A stretch of DNA of 63,346 nt, counting the filler, from Reticulomyxa filosa (Eukaryota > Protista > Foraminifera), in assembly GCA_000512085.1 (NCBI GenBank). It is 18 parts of 18 records of this genome, joined end to end, with 100 filler letters (N's around TTAATTAATTAA, not from the genome) between each part and the next. Parts side by side here need not be neighbours in the genome. Positions count along the whole stretch, not along the records: positions 1 to 3,922 come from ASPP01015772.1; positions 4,023 to 7,402 come from ASPP01026645.1; positions 7,503 to 10,626 come from ASPP01049431.1; positions 10,727 to 13,212 come from ASPP01023656.1; 14 more parts are not named here. One strand, given 5' to 3'. Of the stretch, positions 1 to 12,483 are shown piece by piece (position 1 is the first letter of the stretch; every line of letters starts with the position of its first letter). The translations under genes were made by a program, and so were the position numbers. The notes below the pieces were generated by a model, which was not told the origin of the DNA, made no database searches, and saw nothing but the letters and a program-made list of their open reading frames with translations.

Positions 1-3
1 ATG

Positions 4-36
<33 letters not shown>

Positions 37-118
37 GTATATATTTATTTATTTATTTGTTATGTGTTGCTCTATTTATTAAAATTGCAATTGGGACGGG
101 GGCGGGCGCAAATAATAG

Positions 119-842
119 AAAGTAAAGAAGCTCGTGGGACTGATGAACGATGGCAACGAACAAATGGAAAAACATTTGTATGCTGACGCAATTAATAGCT
201 ATGAACAGGCCTTGGCTGTGGACGAGAGCCATGATATAGTTCGACCTCGCCTCTATGAAAAGCTCTGTGAAGCGGCGGTTCGCAATCGCAAGTCCACAAA
301 GGAACAACGTCTGCAACTGTGCGAAGACAGTCTGAAACATAACCCCGACAAGGCAGAGGCTTTCTATTGGCGAGGACAAGCACATGAAATGAACGGAAAC
401 TTGGAACATGCGGAAAGAGATTATCAAGATGCTTTGAACAGGGACAGAAATAATCGCGAATTTATGAATAAATTGCACCATATTCAAACGGAACAAAAAA
501 AAGCAAAACGAAAAGATTATTACAAAATTCTTGGCATTTCCAACTGCCAGTGAAAAAGATATCAAAAAAGCTTTTCGAAAATGTGGTCTGGAACATCATC
601 CCGACAAAGTCAAAGACTTGTCGGAAGAACAACAAAAAGAACACGAACTCATTTTCAAAGACTGTGTTGAAGCACAAGAAATACTTACAAATGCAGAGTT
701 ACGCCAAAAATACGATAGAGGAGAGGATGTTCTTGAACAAATGCAAGGAGGCAACCGAGGGTCGCCACAAGGCTTTCCTTTCAGCTTTTTCACTCAAGGG
801 TTTACTCAAGGACAAAGAACGTACAATTTCAGATTCCATTGA
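119..842 (+). CDS. DNAJC3: DnaJ subfamily C member 3 (P58IPK)-like TPR + J-domain co-chaperone, 3' part; apparent frameshift near 535-540
   Basis: TPR-like repeats (AFYWRGQAHEMNGNLEHAERDYQDAL), then RKDYYKILGI. It continues in another frame as TASEKDIKKAFRK...HHPDK (HPD motif)...LRQKYDRGED, with a Gly/Phe-rich tail ending YNFRFH. Confidence 0.8.
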
Positions 843-1676
843 GCATTTTAAAAATATTGAACTAGATTTGGCTAAAGGCCTCATTTTTCCTCCCACCATT
901 TCAATAAGAGTTTGTTTCTTTTTCATTGCTAAATTACTTTTTTTAAAATCAAAGTAACAAAATTTTGTCCATTGGATTGAGTGGAAAAATTGTTGATTTT
1001 TTTAATTGGGCCAACGATCATATTCGACGTACTTATTGGTGTCCGTGTAGCTCCAATTTTTGGGGATAACTTTGATAGTTGAATGAAAATGGTTATATTG
1101 AATTAGCTTTTCCTTGCTGTTGAGATTAAAGATAATATCTAAGAATTACATTTAAAAGAGAGAAAATTAATTTAATTTTGGCTTGCGACAAGCATTTAAC
1201 ATATACGATTTCGCATCTGATATCTTTTTACTTTATGTCTTGACAATATAACTTAACTCATGCACTTTCTGATTTATTAATCTTTTATCCCTCATATAGG
1301 TGAACATTTGCAACGAGTTTATCTGCATATGTCGAATATGCTTTCAAATACCTGTGATCACGGAAATAACTACTTTTGTCGTTGTTTATACTTTCCTTTT
1401 TTCTGTACAGTGGCTCGAAATTGTTGGAAAATTTCATAATTTGTTTTCCTTGGATTGACCATTGGAAAAGGTGTATGTAGTTAATTTTTTAAAATTGCAT
1501 TTGTCCAACACAGCATTTTAAAAGGAAAGAAAATAGTCGAATTATGTATCTTCTCATCTAATCGAAATGATCTTTGTAAAATTTTAAAAAATTAATTAAA
1601 GGTAGTTGCACGTCAAAAGTGCGAGAAAAGGATCTACATCTTTAAACCTAGAACAAAACAAAACAAATTTTTTTTT

Positions 1677-3264
1677 TTACTGTAAGCCAAACCCTTGAGA
1701 GTATTGGATGGCGCGTGTTAGTTTTTCTTGCATAATTTCCAATGTAGAATAAGCGGGCAACATTAAAGCATTGAAGCAAGTATGAGATGTCGGTAACATT
1801 TCTCCATCATATGGATCGGAACCAACTCGATGAATAACCAAGCCAAGTTTACCCAGACCTCGTAATGGTGCTCGATACGAGCCTGTAGTAAATAATAAAA
1901 ACTTTTTTTTGTTTTCTTCGTCAAAAGACTTAATAACCCTCCAAAACAAGCGAATGGCAGGATGTTCGGAGTGATACCCACCCTCATATTTGGTTGTCAC
2001 TTCCAAAGCATCGAAATCGAGAACAGGATTTCCAACAATAAGTTTTTCGAGTTCTTCCCCTATGAAAAGTCCAAAGGCACTTCTTCCGACCACCCTGTGA
2101 AACCCTTTTGCAAAGGATTTGAATTGCGAGGCAATGCTTTCATTCAGATGCCAATCCACCAGTTTTTCCACGTAAGCAAGAGCATTTTCGTTATTAACTT
2201 CGATGGAAGAGCCGTTTGATATTAAGTCATGACTTTTGATTTCTCCAGATGTTTGATAAACAACACAAAAGGTCAAACACAAATCTCGAGTATCTTTTCC
2301 ACATTCCGACCAATGAACAACTTCCTCCAAAGACTTTCCCAAGACAGGGTCCCAGTCCGTAAGATCGTGCAAGCCAAGTTTTTCATCACAAAGTTTCTTA
2401 TAAACGGCAGTGGGGAAGGTGATATCAAGTAAGACGCCATTGTAAATGCCCAGGCCGATAATGACACCCAGCAATCGAAAGGTATTTTCATCTTCGAGCG
2501 AATTTGGATTAAACCAATGTGTACGAGTCGACTCATTGTAAATGAAGCAATCATATTTGGGACCAAACAATTCATCAATGATCAGTTGGAAAAACTCTTT
2601 CCGTACACCCCCTTGATCAACCCCTTCCTCGCCATTGAACACAATTTTCAACTCTTTGAAAAACTCGTTTGGTTTATCCGTGGCCACATTGGTAATGATT
2701 GCCATCGTATCTTGCAGCAAATACTGTCTGCGAACGCGCATCACAAAGTAGGGTTGAGGGATGGGAAGCAAGATATTGAATCCGCCAAAGGGGACAGAAA
2801 AGTGCAGACTGTCGTCAATCGCATGTTGTTGTCTAGACAGTTGTTGTTCGATATTAATTACTTCTCGTTTCGCCACAGGGTCTAGAATAAATGGATAAGA
2901 GCAGAATGTAAATGTTTTATTTAGATTGTTATAACTTTGTTTATTATTATTATTATTATTATTATTATGACTCATCCATCGAATATAATCACTACGAAAA
3001 TCAATCAAATTAGCACGTGTCAATGTTCGATTATAAAACTCTTTAAAGTGCAAGCGATCTTGCACATTATCAATTTTTTGGTTGGCCCGCCACAGGAAAT
3101 CGATGACCATGACAAAACGCAAAATGTATCCGTCCATTTTTTCTTTGAGTTCGATGAACATAGTGAGACAATCCTGCAGACGTTGCAGCAGCAGTCGACG
3201 AGAGAGCAGATCCCATTGGCACAGCCAGTGGATCATGTCAATCCTTAATTCTTCTTCTTCTTCT

Positions 3265-3301
<37 letters not shown>

Positions 3302-3922
3302 CAGATAGTAGAGTGTCATTGAGCATGGACGTCAAATGGTGATTGAAAGACGCATTTAATAACTCTGGGAATATAATGAGAATGAAGTAATAACGCAGCG
3401 TCAGCGCATCGTGTTGATGACGAACAAAGCGACCACTCGTCTTGCCAATATGCGTCATCGCTTTGATCAACGCATTGGTGACTTTGGGATCGATGGTTAA
3501 TACACGACGATACATGCGTTGCAAGGACTCCAAGTCGAGGCCAGTGTCAGGAAGAAGATGGTACATATTTCGAGTACTGGGAAATGACCCGTTCAAAATG
3601 CTGGGCGAAGAAAAGATCGTTTGCAAGACAGAAGCGAGCTTTGCTAGCTTTCCTGTGCCAAGTGCGACTTCACAAAGATAGTTCATTGCCTTTTCATCGA
3701 CATACACCGGAGTGGTGGCCAACTGCGAGTTGCCGTTCAGTCGTTTGCCGGCATGCAGCACTGCATGTTCGAAGGTCTTTGTCAGCACCAGCGTGCAAAA
3801 CGCACTGGGGCAAGCCTTCAGCACACGTTTGCTAGATTCCTTCGAGTCGTCCTGTTCTGTGTGCCACGCAACCTCGTAAGGCTTGCATATTTTGGCCCCG
3901 TCACTTGTTGCATTTCCAGTGC
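1677..3922 (-). CDS. HECT-domain E3 ubiquitin ligase (HERC/E6AP-like), 5' truncated
   Basis: FTFCSYPFIL, LKIVFNGEEGVDQGGVRKEFF, FLLFTTGS, catalytic LPTSHTCFNALMLP and C-terminal GFGLQ; contains poly-Asn (AAT)n inserts. Confidence 0.95.
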
Positions 3923-4022
3923 NNNNNNNNNNNNNNNNNNNNNNNNNNNNNNNNNNNNNNNNNNNNTTAATTAATTAANNNNNNNNNNNNNNNNNNNNNN
4001 NNNNNNNNNNNNNNNNNNNNNN
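3923..4022. other. Artificial contig linker N44-TTAATTAATTAA-N44 (first of 17)
   Basis: Identical 100-nt spacers with stops in all six frames. The others are at 7403-7502, 10627-10726, 13213-13312, 18786-18885, 25636-25735, 27339-27438, 32972-33071, 34500-34599, 39522-39621, 43955-44054, 45371-45470, 46876-46975, 49948-50047, 52274-52373, 56119-56218 and 62181-62280. Confidence 0.99.
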
Positions 4023-4085
4023 CCCCCCCCCTTCTTTGCTGTGTCTATGCACATGCGCGCATTTAATTGGCTTGCTCGAACATAG

Positions 4086-4434
4086 AACGGTATATTGATG
4101 AAGCCAAGTGCGGAAAAGCTGTTCGTCGAGTACTCCTCTATCGCATTCGCGACTTTATTCAAGACTTACACTCTGGTATTCTTTTTTCTTTCTCTCTCTC
4201 GGAAATGTTGGCATTTGCAATCTCTCGTACACACAATAAACAGAGGAAACCAAAGTTATCCGGTTCCACGGAGGAAACAGACCCAATTTAATTGACTTGC
4301 TTTTATATGGGTGTATCAAATCTTCTCAAAATTTGGATTTGTTCAAAAGTTTGAAACTTATTCCTGGGTTCATGACTTGGTATCACAAAGTTGAAGATGA
4401 AATGGGAAATAAAGCATGTATTACCCACATATAA
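4086..4434 (+). CDS. Prostaglandin E synthase 2-like / GST C-terminal domain, last two exons
   Basis: Manual splicing gives ...RFHGGNRPNLIDLLLYGCIKSSQNLDLFKSLKLIPGFMTWYHKVEDEMG..., which matches the PTGES2 pattern FxGGxxPNLADLxxYG...WYxxVE. Not shown as such in the ORF track. Confidence 0.65.
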
Positions 4435-5059
4435 CTTATGGGCTGTTTTTTCATTTTTTTTTTTCCAATAGAATAAAACACTCTTTCACAACCGCATATT
4501 TTTGAAATTATTCCATTGTATATCTCTTTTTTACGATGCATCTTTTCTCCACATTACATGTGCAAGACAAACAAGTAAATAAAGCTATAAGCTATAACAG
4601 ATCATCCCATCAGATATGTGAACATTTTTCCTTTACACAGTTTTGATAAAAAAGCATTTGAATATCATCATAACCTAGCATCCTTGAAAAGCCCTTCGCC
4701 TTAAAAAAGTCAACTTGGGGCTTGGTTAAAAAAAGTGTTGCGTATTTTGTACTTCAAAAAAGCATGAAACAACAAATTTTTGTTCCTTGGAAACGAAAAA
4801 AGACCTTTTTGAATCGAGTTTTTTCATCACTTATTCTCGCTCGCTTTGTTTTTATAAGTATAGTATTATTTCAAATCAAAAGAGTGATACTAATGAAAAT
4901 GTATCCGCACCAACAACAAAAAAAAAAAAAGACGAAAAAATCTCACAAGAGGCGGAAACAACAGCAAAAGTATCGAAATTGTGAGTTTACTCGGCAATCT
5001 TGTGATCAATTTGTTATATGATCTCTATTGTTTCGTGTTGTCGTGCGTGGTCTGGCAGA

Positions 5060-5930
5060 AAATGTGGACAAGAACAAGAGAAAGAGTGGCAAGTATAACG
5101 ATGCAAGAAATTCAATTGTCTTCCGCACAAAGAGATGACCTAACAAGGGAAGAAAACGCAAGTGTATCTACCTTAGAAGAGAACGTGAAAAAGATAGCCA
5201 CAATTGACGTGAAGATCAAATGGATTGTGACCTTGCACATCTTTTGCTGTTTTTTGGTATGTGTAGGTGCTATCTGTGAGCATTTGATGTATGTATTAGT
5301 AAAGAGCCCTGACAAAGCGTGTGGGAATGGGGGCCTATGTAGTATTCTTACGAATGTTTATTGAAGGCCTATTTTATTCCTTTTACTTGGTGTGAACGAT
5401 CGTGCTTCTGCAAGGCAGTGTTTGTTTTTGAAATATCTAAATGTCGACGATATTTTTTGGGGATTGCACCCACCATCACCTTTGGCATTATATTGTTCGC
5501 TTCCGCCTTACATGCGCAACTCAATTACTGTGATGGTAATGATATTTTATTACACTGTACTCTATGTCATTCTTCTATTTATTCATTTGTTTTGGAATAT
5601 CACTTTATTCTTCTTTTTTTTGCTTTATCATGTTTATATCGTTAAGAAACACGATTGACACCCTTTCGTTTTCTGTACATATATGTACATCGATTTGTCT
5701 GTGTACGTACACATGACAATGTACCCTGCAGATTATTTTATTCTCTCTTTTTATCACAAGGAAGAAGAAGATAATCAAAATTGTTTTCTTTGAAGTCGCA
5801 AATGGGATCTTTTTTCTTTGGTTTTGATTCTTGGCTTCGTTTGGTTTGTTTTTTTTTCTGTGGGCTGTAGTTTCCCAATAACAAAATATGTTTAATAATG
5901 TACAATAGCAATTTGCCATGCATAGCACAT
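5060..5930 (+). pseudogene. Disrupted multi-pass membrane protein
   Basis: Hydrophobic segments (KWIVTLHIFCCFLVCVGAIC; APTITFGIILFASALH) are spread over several frames with stops. Confidence 0.3.
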
Positions 5931-6613
5931 TAAGCAATAGTTCAGTGGAGAGTTTGCAGTTATACTAAAAATAGTCAAAAAAAGTTGAAACAACTTTAAT
6001 CAAATGTTTAAAAATTTTGTGATTGAAAAAATTAAGAAACACAAAAAAAAAACGACATAAGTTTGTCAAAATCATTTATTCATCCCAATTTACATTCAAA
6101 ATTCGAATCCAATTTTGGATGATTACTTCAATAATACTTTTTGACTAATTAATTTATTACACAGCCAAATTCGTTTGTATGTCGAACTAAAAGCAAGCAA
6201 ATTTCTGAAATGTTTGAAGAATTAGTACTAATTGTGCCGCAGCGATTGTTGTATAATAGTAGTGTTCATTGATTCACTTGCTTTCTCTTTTGGAGAACAA
6301 TGTTATTGCTTTCAAACTAAAACTTTGAACTTTTTCCTGGTTTTTTTTGGTCTGTTATTCTCTTTAAAAGCTGTCCTCAATTGATATCTAGATGTAAGGC
6401 CGTTCTAATTAATTAATTTCATTTATATGCTAATTTCAGATTCGTAAGTTTCAAACTTCATAGTAAAAATTAGTTACAACTTAGTTTTTGCCAAGTTCAT
6501 ATACGTATCACAAATATTGTACTTTCTGCAACATTTTGAACTTTATAAAGGGAAAGAAAAGCTTTACGACAACAGTCAGTTGAAGTGGGGAAAAAAGTAT
6601 GTTTTGAACAATC

Positions 6614-7340
6614 TCAATTAGTCAGCTGACGAAAAATTGTTTGCAATTTTTGTTCAATTGTCTCAATTTTTTCTTGTAATTTACTGTTGCAGTCAGTAAT
6701 AGAAGTATCACTTTGAGCTTGAGGCAATCCTTCGTTTAATGAACTAGGGCATTTTGGAGAAAATTGAAACAAATCCATTTTTGAACGTTGTGAGATATAT
6801 ATTTCTCTGAGTTTTTCCTCTTCTTGTCCTTGTTCTTGTTTTTGTTTTTGCTCTTGTTCCTGTTTCATTTTGTCAGTAGTGATAAGGAAGGAATCCATAC
6901 GACTGTCGTCCGTTGCTTGAACGAAACTGCAAGAAGTTCCAGTTTTGACAGAAGCTTTCGAACGCTTTTGTCTCTGTCGTATTTGTTGCCACTTTGCTAA
7001 CACTTGATCAGTGTAGCTTTGGAAAATGGCTTTTTCTTTTGGATAAACGTTTAAAATCGCTTGGAAAGAGTTGCGTTGTAAAACTGCGAATTCGCACCAC
7101 TCCAAACTGAGAACAGAGGTCATCCGAGGCAAATAGGTGATCAATAACCCACTCTCTCCAAAGTATTGTCCGTTTCCTAAAATGCGAATTTCGTCTACCG
7201 TCTCAAATCTATTATCTGCAAACACTGCACATTTTCCTTGTTTGATTATGAACATGGCAGACCCGATGCTCCCTTCGTCGTAAATCATAGTCAAAGGATT
7301 TGCAAATTCTACTTCAATGGCGATTAGTAATTCACTGTAT
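6614..7340 (-). CDS. Cyclic nucleotide-binding domain protein, probably the C-terminus of a CNG/HCN/EAG-type channel; 5' truncated
   Basis: IYDEGSIGSAMFIIKQGKCAV...LGNGQYFGESGLL...PRMTSVLSLEWCEFAVL, followed by a terminal coiled coil. Confidence 0.85.
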
Positions 7341-7368
7341 TTTTGATTTTGCAATAAATAGATATAAA

Positions 7369-7402
<34 letters not shown>

Positions 7403-7502
7403 NNNNNNNNNNNNNNNNNNNNNNNNNNNNNNNNNNNNNNNNNNNNTTAATTAATTAANNNNNNNNNNNNNNNNNNNNNNNNNNNNNNNNNNNNNNNNNN
7501 NN

Positions 7503-7627
7503 TTGTGAAAAATTTGAAAAAATATATGAAAAATGACATTCAACTATGTCAAGATGCACTAGTTGAGTCAATGCCAAGGAGAATTGAAGCTGTAATCAAT
7601 GCACAAGAAAAACCAACAAAATGGTAA
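7503..7627 (+). mobile_element. Tc1/mariner transposase C-terminal remnant
   Basis: 7559-7627 translates LVESMPRRIEAVINAQEKPTKW*, matching the Tc1 terminal motif LVESMPRR..AVI.AKG.PTKY. Confidence 0.8.
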
Positions 7628-7949
7628 AAACATTAAAAAAAAACAAATTTTTAACAAAAAAAAATTTTAAAAAAATTTCAAATAATCAAAAAAAAGTTTT
7701 CAAAATTTGTTAAAAATTACGAAAGATACAAAGTTAATCTTTTTTAAAAGTATTTACGTGACTTGAAGATTCCTAAAATGAAAACAAAAAGATTTAAAAT
7801 TTTTTTATTTTCAAGTTATATGAACTCATTCGAAATTTTTAAAAATCATTTGAAAAAATCATATTTTTGTTCAACATAGAAAAGGAAAGTCTGAATCACA
7901 TAATCTATCATTGGCAGCAATAATTTAGTCATGACAAGTAAATTTGGCT

Positions 7950-8230
7950 CATCTTCCTTCTAATTTGACCAGAGGTAATAGCACGTTTGCTAAAGCTTTT
8001 TCTGCGAAAGAAGTCTATTCGGTCATCACAATTGAGGTGCCTGGCATCGGAGCAAAATTTCAGATTCATAAAATTCTTTCAATAATTTTATGGAATTAAA
8101 GAATACCAAAACAGCTCGCTAGCATTGTTGATGTATTTGTTAGCCATATCTTTAAATTTGAGAATTTAAATAATCATTCGTTTCATTTCTAAAAAACGGG
8201 CAGCCTCTGCGCACAGTTACTCAATTCGAT
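7950..8230 (-). mobile_element. Possible degenerate pogo/Tc5 (CENP-B-type HTH) transposase remnant
   Basis: Minus-strand fragments AARFLEMKRMII.ILKFKDM and DRIDFFRRKSFSKRAITSGQ resemble the start and end of the CENP-B HTH; stops are present. Confidence 0.3.
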
Positions 8231-10746
8231 TATAATAGTATCAATAATATTGATTTGGAGTTCAACAATGTTGAAAAAGATAGCATGTTTTTGTATGCTA
8301 GAGAGATTGATAAAAGAGGTTTATTTGATTGCAGTCTATATAGTACAATTCAAAACCACTTGACGCCTCCAACAAGCTCTTGCACTTCATTTTTGAATCT
8401 CATTTAACAACGAGATAATATTTTGGTATTGTTAACTTGAATTTCAGTTGTGATACTTATTGCATAAAATAAAATCCTTTTTTTAATGAAAGAAAGTATA
8501 CAAAAAAAGTAAATACTTAGATATGACTTATTTTTGTATATATATCATAGTCACTTATTAACATAATTAATTCAAAAAATATATTTACTTTTGTTTATAA
8601 GAAAATAAATTTTCATTTAGTAATATCATTGCAATCATAATTGCAATCATTATCAACTGATTTTTGTTTCATCACTGCATCATTAACAATGAACATAATT
8701 TCATTTCTTCAACATATCTTAGCAAAATCAAATATTTGCATTAGCGATGTAATTTCTTAATATACGTTTTCACTTGTCAATACTCTAAACACAGTTAATA
8801 TGACTACTTTTGCACATGTCAATAATAAATAGCTTCTAATTTGCACAATCAAATCAACAAAATTAATATATGTTGTACATATAATCAGTTTTATTTCTTT
8901 TAGCTTATCTTGAATTTGTTTTATTGTCATATATATACTTTCTTTACTACGTTGTTTTTTTATAATATCTTTTCTATTTTTATGATCTTCAAGTAATTAA
9001 TCTGCTTTTTTATCATATGCACATTATTAGAACTAATACCTGCTTCATTTAAAATCTTTTTTTCAGTTTCGATATTGTTCGTTTTTTCTTGTTATCTAAT
9101 AAATTTGAAATAATAATCTTTGAACTTGATTTCGTTTTTTTTATCTTTAATTTTTTTTTCTTCTTTTTTGTTGGTATTTCTTCTACTTAATTTCTGATTC
9201 TTTAGAGAATGGCTTTTTGCAGTTAGCTTTTGGATACTAGAGTTCCAGGTGTTTTCTTTTGTGTTATTGAATATAGAAATTACTAGTTCACTTAAAATTT
9301 TATAATCTATTAATAAGAATATTTCTATAAGTTTTCATATATAAGCAGGCTTCAATGACAACGCTAAATTAGGTCTAGCTGTTGTTGTTTTAACTAATAT
9401 CAGTAGAATCTTTATTTTTAACCAGACAGTCATGCAATGTAATGTTTTTTCCTACGTAAAAGTTACTGCAAGTGATATTTTTATATATTGTGTAGATGCA
9501 ACTTAGCATGTTCGCATGATTTCCAGCTTTGTCACTGTATGCTTCTAAATCATGTGCAATATTTTAAATGTTATATTTAATTTTGTTGACACAATGGTGT
9601 AACTTATATCTAATTTTATTTTATATTATTAATATAATCAATTATGATTTAATCTTCAAATGAAATATCGATCAAATTTATGTCCACTCTTGCATTGCAT
9701 ATAATCACTAGATTTTGGTTTACGCATTGGACGAATACCACAGTTCAATTGATTTTTGCTCAATAAAAGTAAATATTTTAATTTTTGATTGTTTTTGAGT
9801 CCAGTAAATATGCGATCTAAAAATATCTTAAACATATACACAACGAGTTGTTTTTTAATTAAGTTATTCAACCACATAAATACAAACATAATAAACTTTT
9901 ATCGTCTTGATCCATTACAGTTATAGACTAAAACAGGTTTGAGAATAAATTTAACTTTTTTTTCATTTTTAAAGAAAAGACTAAACTGAACTTGAATCAT
10001 TTATTACTTTCTTTGGCGACTTAAAGATTGATAATTATCATTTGGTTGATATGATAAAAAACTGGACAAATACACGTTAAATTTTTAAAAACATGAAAAA
10101 AATTAAAAATGATCCATAATTTCAATAAAATGACCAACAGCATTAAATATTCGTAAATATCAACGACTATTCATTTTGTTGCTTTTTAAAAATAGTTTAT
10201 ATGATGTATGATTATTGTAATCTTACCATTTATTTTCATATCAATGCATAAGTCATCCAATAAAAAAAGGTAAAAAGTTACATTTTGAAAACTGACAAAT
10301 GAAAAACAACAATGATATTTCTGATTTTCAAAATTAGAACCATTATATAAGATTACAAAAAAAAGAACAAATAGCAACATTACGTTAAAAAAATAGTCAA
10401 TCATGGATAAAAAATCAAAAAGTAAACACAATCATGCACACTGCAAAAAAAAAAGCTAACACAAAAAATCAATTACAAATAAAAAAAATTTAAAAAATAG
10501 CACAAAAGAAAAATCGAAAAAATTTTTTAAAACAATTGTTATAGTTTTAATGAACAACTAAAATTATATTTGAAAATTACAAAATTTACATATTTTTTTA
10601 AATAAAAATACTTATTTTTCTTAATGNNNNNNNNNNNNNNNNNNNNNNNNNNNNNNNNNNNNNNNNNNNNTTAATTAATTAANNNNNNNNNNNNNNNNNN
10701 NNNNNNNNNNNNNNNNNNNNNNNNNNTTTTCTTTTCATACTATATA

Positions 10747-10780
<34 letters not shown>

Positions 10781-10827
10781 CATATATACGTATACGTATA
10801 CATATACATATATATATGTATACATAG

Positions 10828-11388
10828 ATAACATTACAAAGCGATTGCTTTGGTAATTCGATATTAGTAGATGGTGGATTGGTGATGAAGTTGATGGACA
10901 ACTGCGCAGGGATATTGGCGGCGCGTTGGTGCAAAGGTGGAATTGTGACTATTGGGATTGACGCCATCAATTTTCATAGACCTTGCCGAGCGGGGGAAAT
11001 TCTCCACGCTTATGCACGGCTCATTTTTACGAGTAGTCGCTCCATTGAGACATTGATTTTGTCGTTTGCCGAGAGAAAAGAACCTGTTTTGAAAAATTCC
11101 AAAGGCAATACTACTGCCAGCAACAATAGCAACAACGGTGACAATAGCACTGCAACGACATCTACGTTGGAGTTGAACCAAGTCAAAAATCCGGGAATCG
11201 CCAGACGTTTGGAGTTGCTGTGCAGCGCGTTTTACACTTTTGTGGCCGTTGATTTGGAAACAAAGAAGGCCAAGGAAGTCCCGCAATTCATCCCTGTTAC
11301 AGAAATTGAAAAAGTCTTATTTAACGAGGGAAAAAAGAGATATGAGGATAGAAAACTTCCTTCTTCGGACAAAAAAAAAGTAAAGTAA
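10828..11388 (+). CDS. Acyl-CoA thioesterase (hotdog fold, ACOT7/YciA-like), last exon
   Basis: VDGGLVMKLMDNCAGILAARWC...VTIGIDAINFHRP..GEILHAYARLIFTSSRSIE...SAFYTFVAVD...VPQFIP.TEIEK. Confidence 0.9.
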   Translation: MTLQSDCFGNSILVDGGLVMKLMDNCAGILAARWCKGGIVTIGIDAINFHRPCRAGEILHAYARLIFTSSRSIETLILSFAERKEPVLKNSKGNTTASNNSNNGDNSTATTSTLELNQVKNPGIARRLELLCSAFYTFVAVDLETKKAKEVPQFIPVTEIEKVLFNEGKKRYEDRKLPSSDKKKVK

Positions 11389-11589
11389 TTCCTTTTTTTT
11401 TTTTATAAAAAAAAAAAAAAAAAAGCAAAAGCAGAGATAATTTATGACAATCATTGTGATTTTTGGAATATGGTCATTAATAGGAGAATAGAGGAGGGGG
11501 GGGGGGAGGATGCAAGGAAGAGCTTTTGATTATAACCACATACTTTTTTTTTTTTTAATGAACTTGGAAAAAAAAAAAAAAAAAATGTT

Positions 11590-12483
11590 TTAATCCTTTC
11601 TACCGAAAAATTTGAGAAGCGTGTATTCATTGAGCACTTGGTTAGGCTTAGTGTTAAAGGTGAAGATTAGATTGATACGCTTTCCACTTTGTACTGGTGT
11701 CACACAATGGAGTGATTGGTTTCCATTGAACAAATATAAACTACCTTGTTTTAAGTCACTTTCGCAACGGATTTGTCCTTGCAAGTGATGTTTGCGGATT
11801 ACATCGGCTACACTTTTTTGCTGAACACTCTTTTTCTCGTTCTCAAACACTTTTCTTGAGTGGGGTATAAACTGAAAGTGGCCTCCGCTTGTACTCGGCT
11901 GCAATATCAAATTCACACTAAACTCACTTCGATCAAAGTGCCAACCCAACTCATTTTTTGGTTGGAATATGTTATAATAGTACTTGCCTTGCTTGTCTCC
12001 ACTCACATACAAGTCATCGTGACCCAATAACAACACCTTGGATATAAAGGATCGAAATATTGCATATTCGTATAACTGTTGACATGGGCCAACTGTAAGA
12101 GCCTTTTCGAACTTTCCCTTGTCTTGATATCTTTCTTCTATTATGTCCGCTGCAATCAGCTTTTTGGAGGAGTTTAGTGACTCCCATGTTTTTGACTCCG
12201 GGCTCTCTTCTTCCAACCAGATATTATGTTGCTCGTACGAATTAAATGACTTTGGGTTGCTCTCGAGGTGCAGTGCTTCCTTAATCATATATTTGGCACA
12301 TTCATCGGTTATAAACGATGCCAAATGTAAATATCCATCCTTTTGATAGGTCTTTTGACAACTTTTCACAAAGTCTTCGTCTTGTAGGTGAGAGAGATAT
12401 GAATGAGAAATTATCGAAGGTAACGAAAAATTCACTGTTCTAAATGTGCAAAAAGGATGTCTTCTTATTAATTGGCTTTTCAT
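11590..12483 (-). CDS. 2OG-Fe(II) oxygenase of bacterial ArpA/HalD-BesD-related type, intronless, possible mitochondrial presequence
   Basis: HxD motif in LGWHFDRSEFSVNLILQ, then GGHFQF, distal His in SLHCVTPV and 2OG-binding Arg in KRINLIF. The likely ATG is at 12483. Confidence 0.85.
   Translation of the reverse strand: MKSQLIRRHPFCTFRTVNFSLPSIISHSYLSHLQDEDFVKSCQKTYQKDGYLHLASFITDECAKYMIKEALHLESNPKSFNSYEQHNIWLEEESPESKTWESLNSSKKLIAADIIEERYQDKGKFEKALTVGPCQQLYEYAIFRSFISKVLLLGHDDLYVSGDKQGKYYYNIFQPKNELGWHFDRSEFSVNLILQPSTSGGHFQFIPHSRKVFENEKKSVQQKSVADVIRKHHLQGQIRCESDLKQGSLYLFNGNQSLHCVTPVQSGKRINLIFTFNTKPNQVLNEYTLLKFFGRKD

Noticed and set aside
1-60. (TA)n/(TATG)n tracts as telomeres
   Set aside because: The same tracts occur inside introns throughout the window and simply mark assembly breaks.
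525-555. Programmed frameshift in DNAJC3 between the TPR and J domains
   Set aside because: There is no slippery heptamer, and similar indels occur at homopolymers elsewhere (28600, 48550), so sequencing error is more likely.
53-565. Long antisense ORFs (also 48243-48950 and 50447-51058)
   Set aside because: These are shadow frames of genes or pseudogenes on the opposite strand.
3923-4022. Recurrent TTAATTAATTAA palindrome flanked by N runs, as a repeat array or CRISPR-like element
   Set aside because: It is an assembly linker with six-frame stops, not biological sequence.
11590-12483. BesD-type radical halogenase
   Set aside because: The facial triad is HxD...H; halogenases replace the Asp with Gly or Ala.
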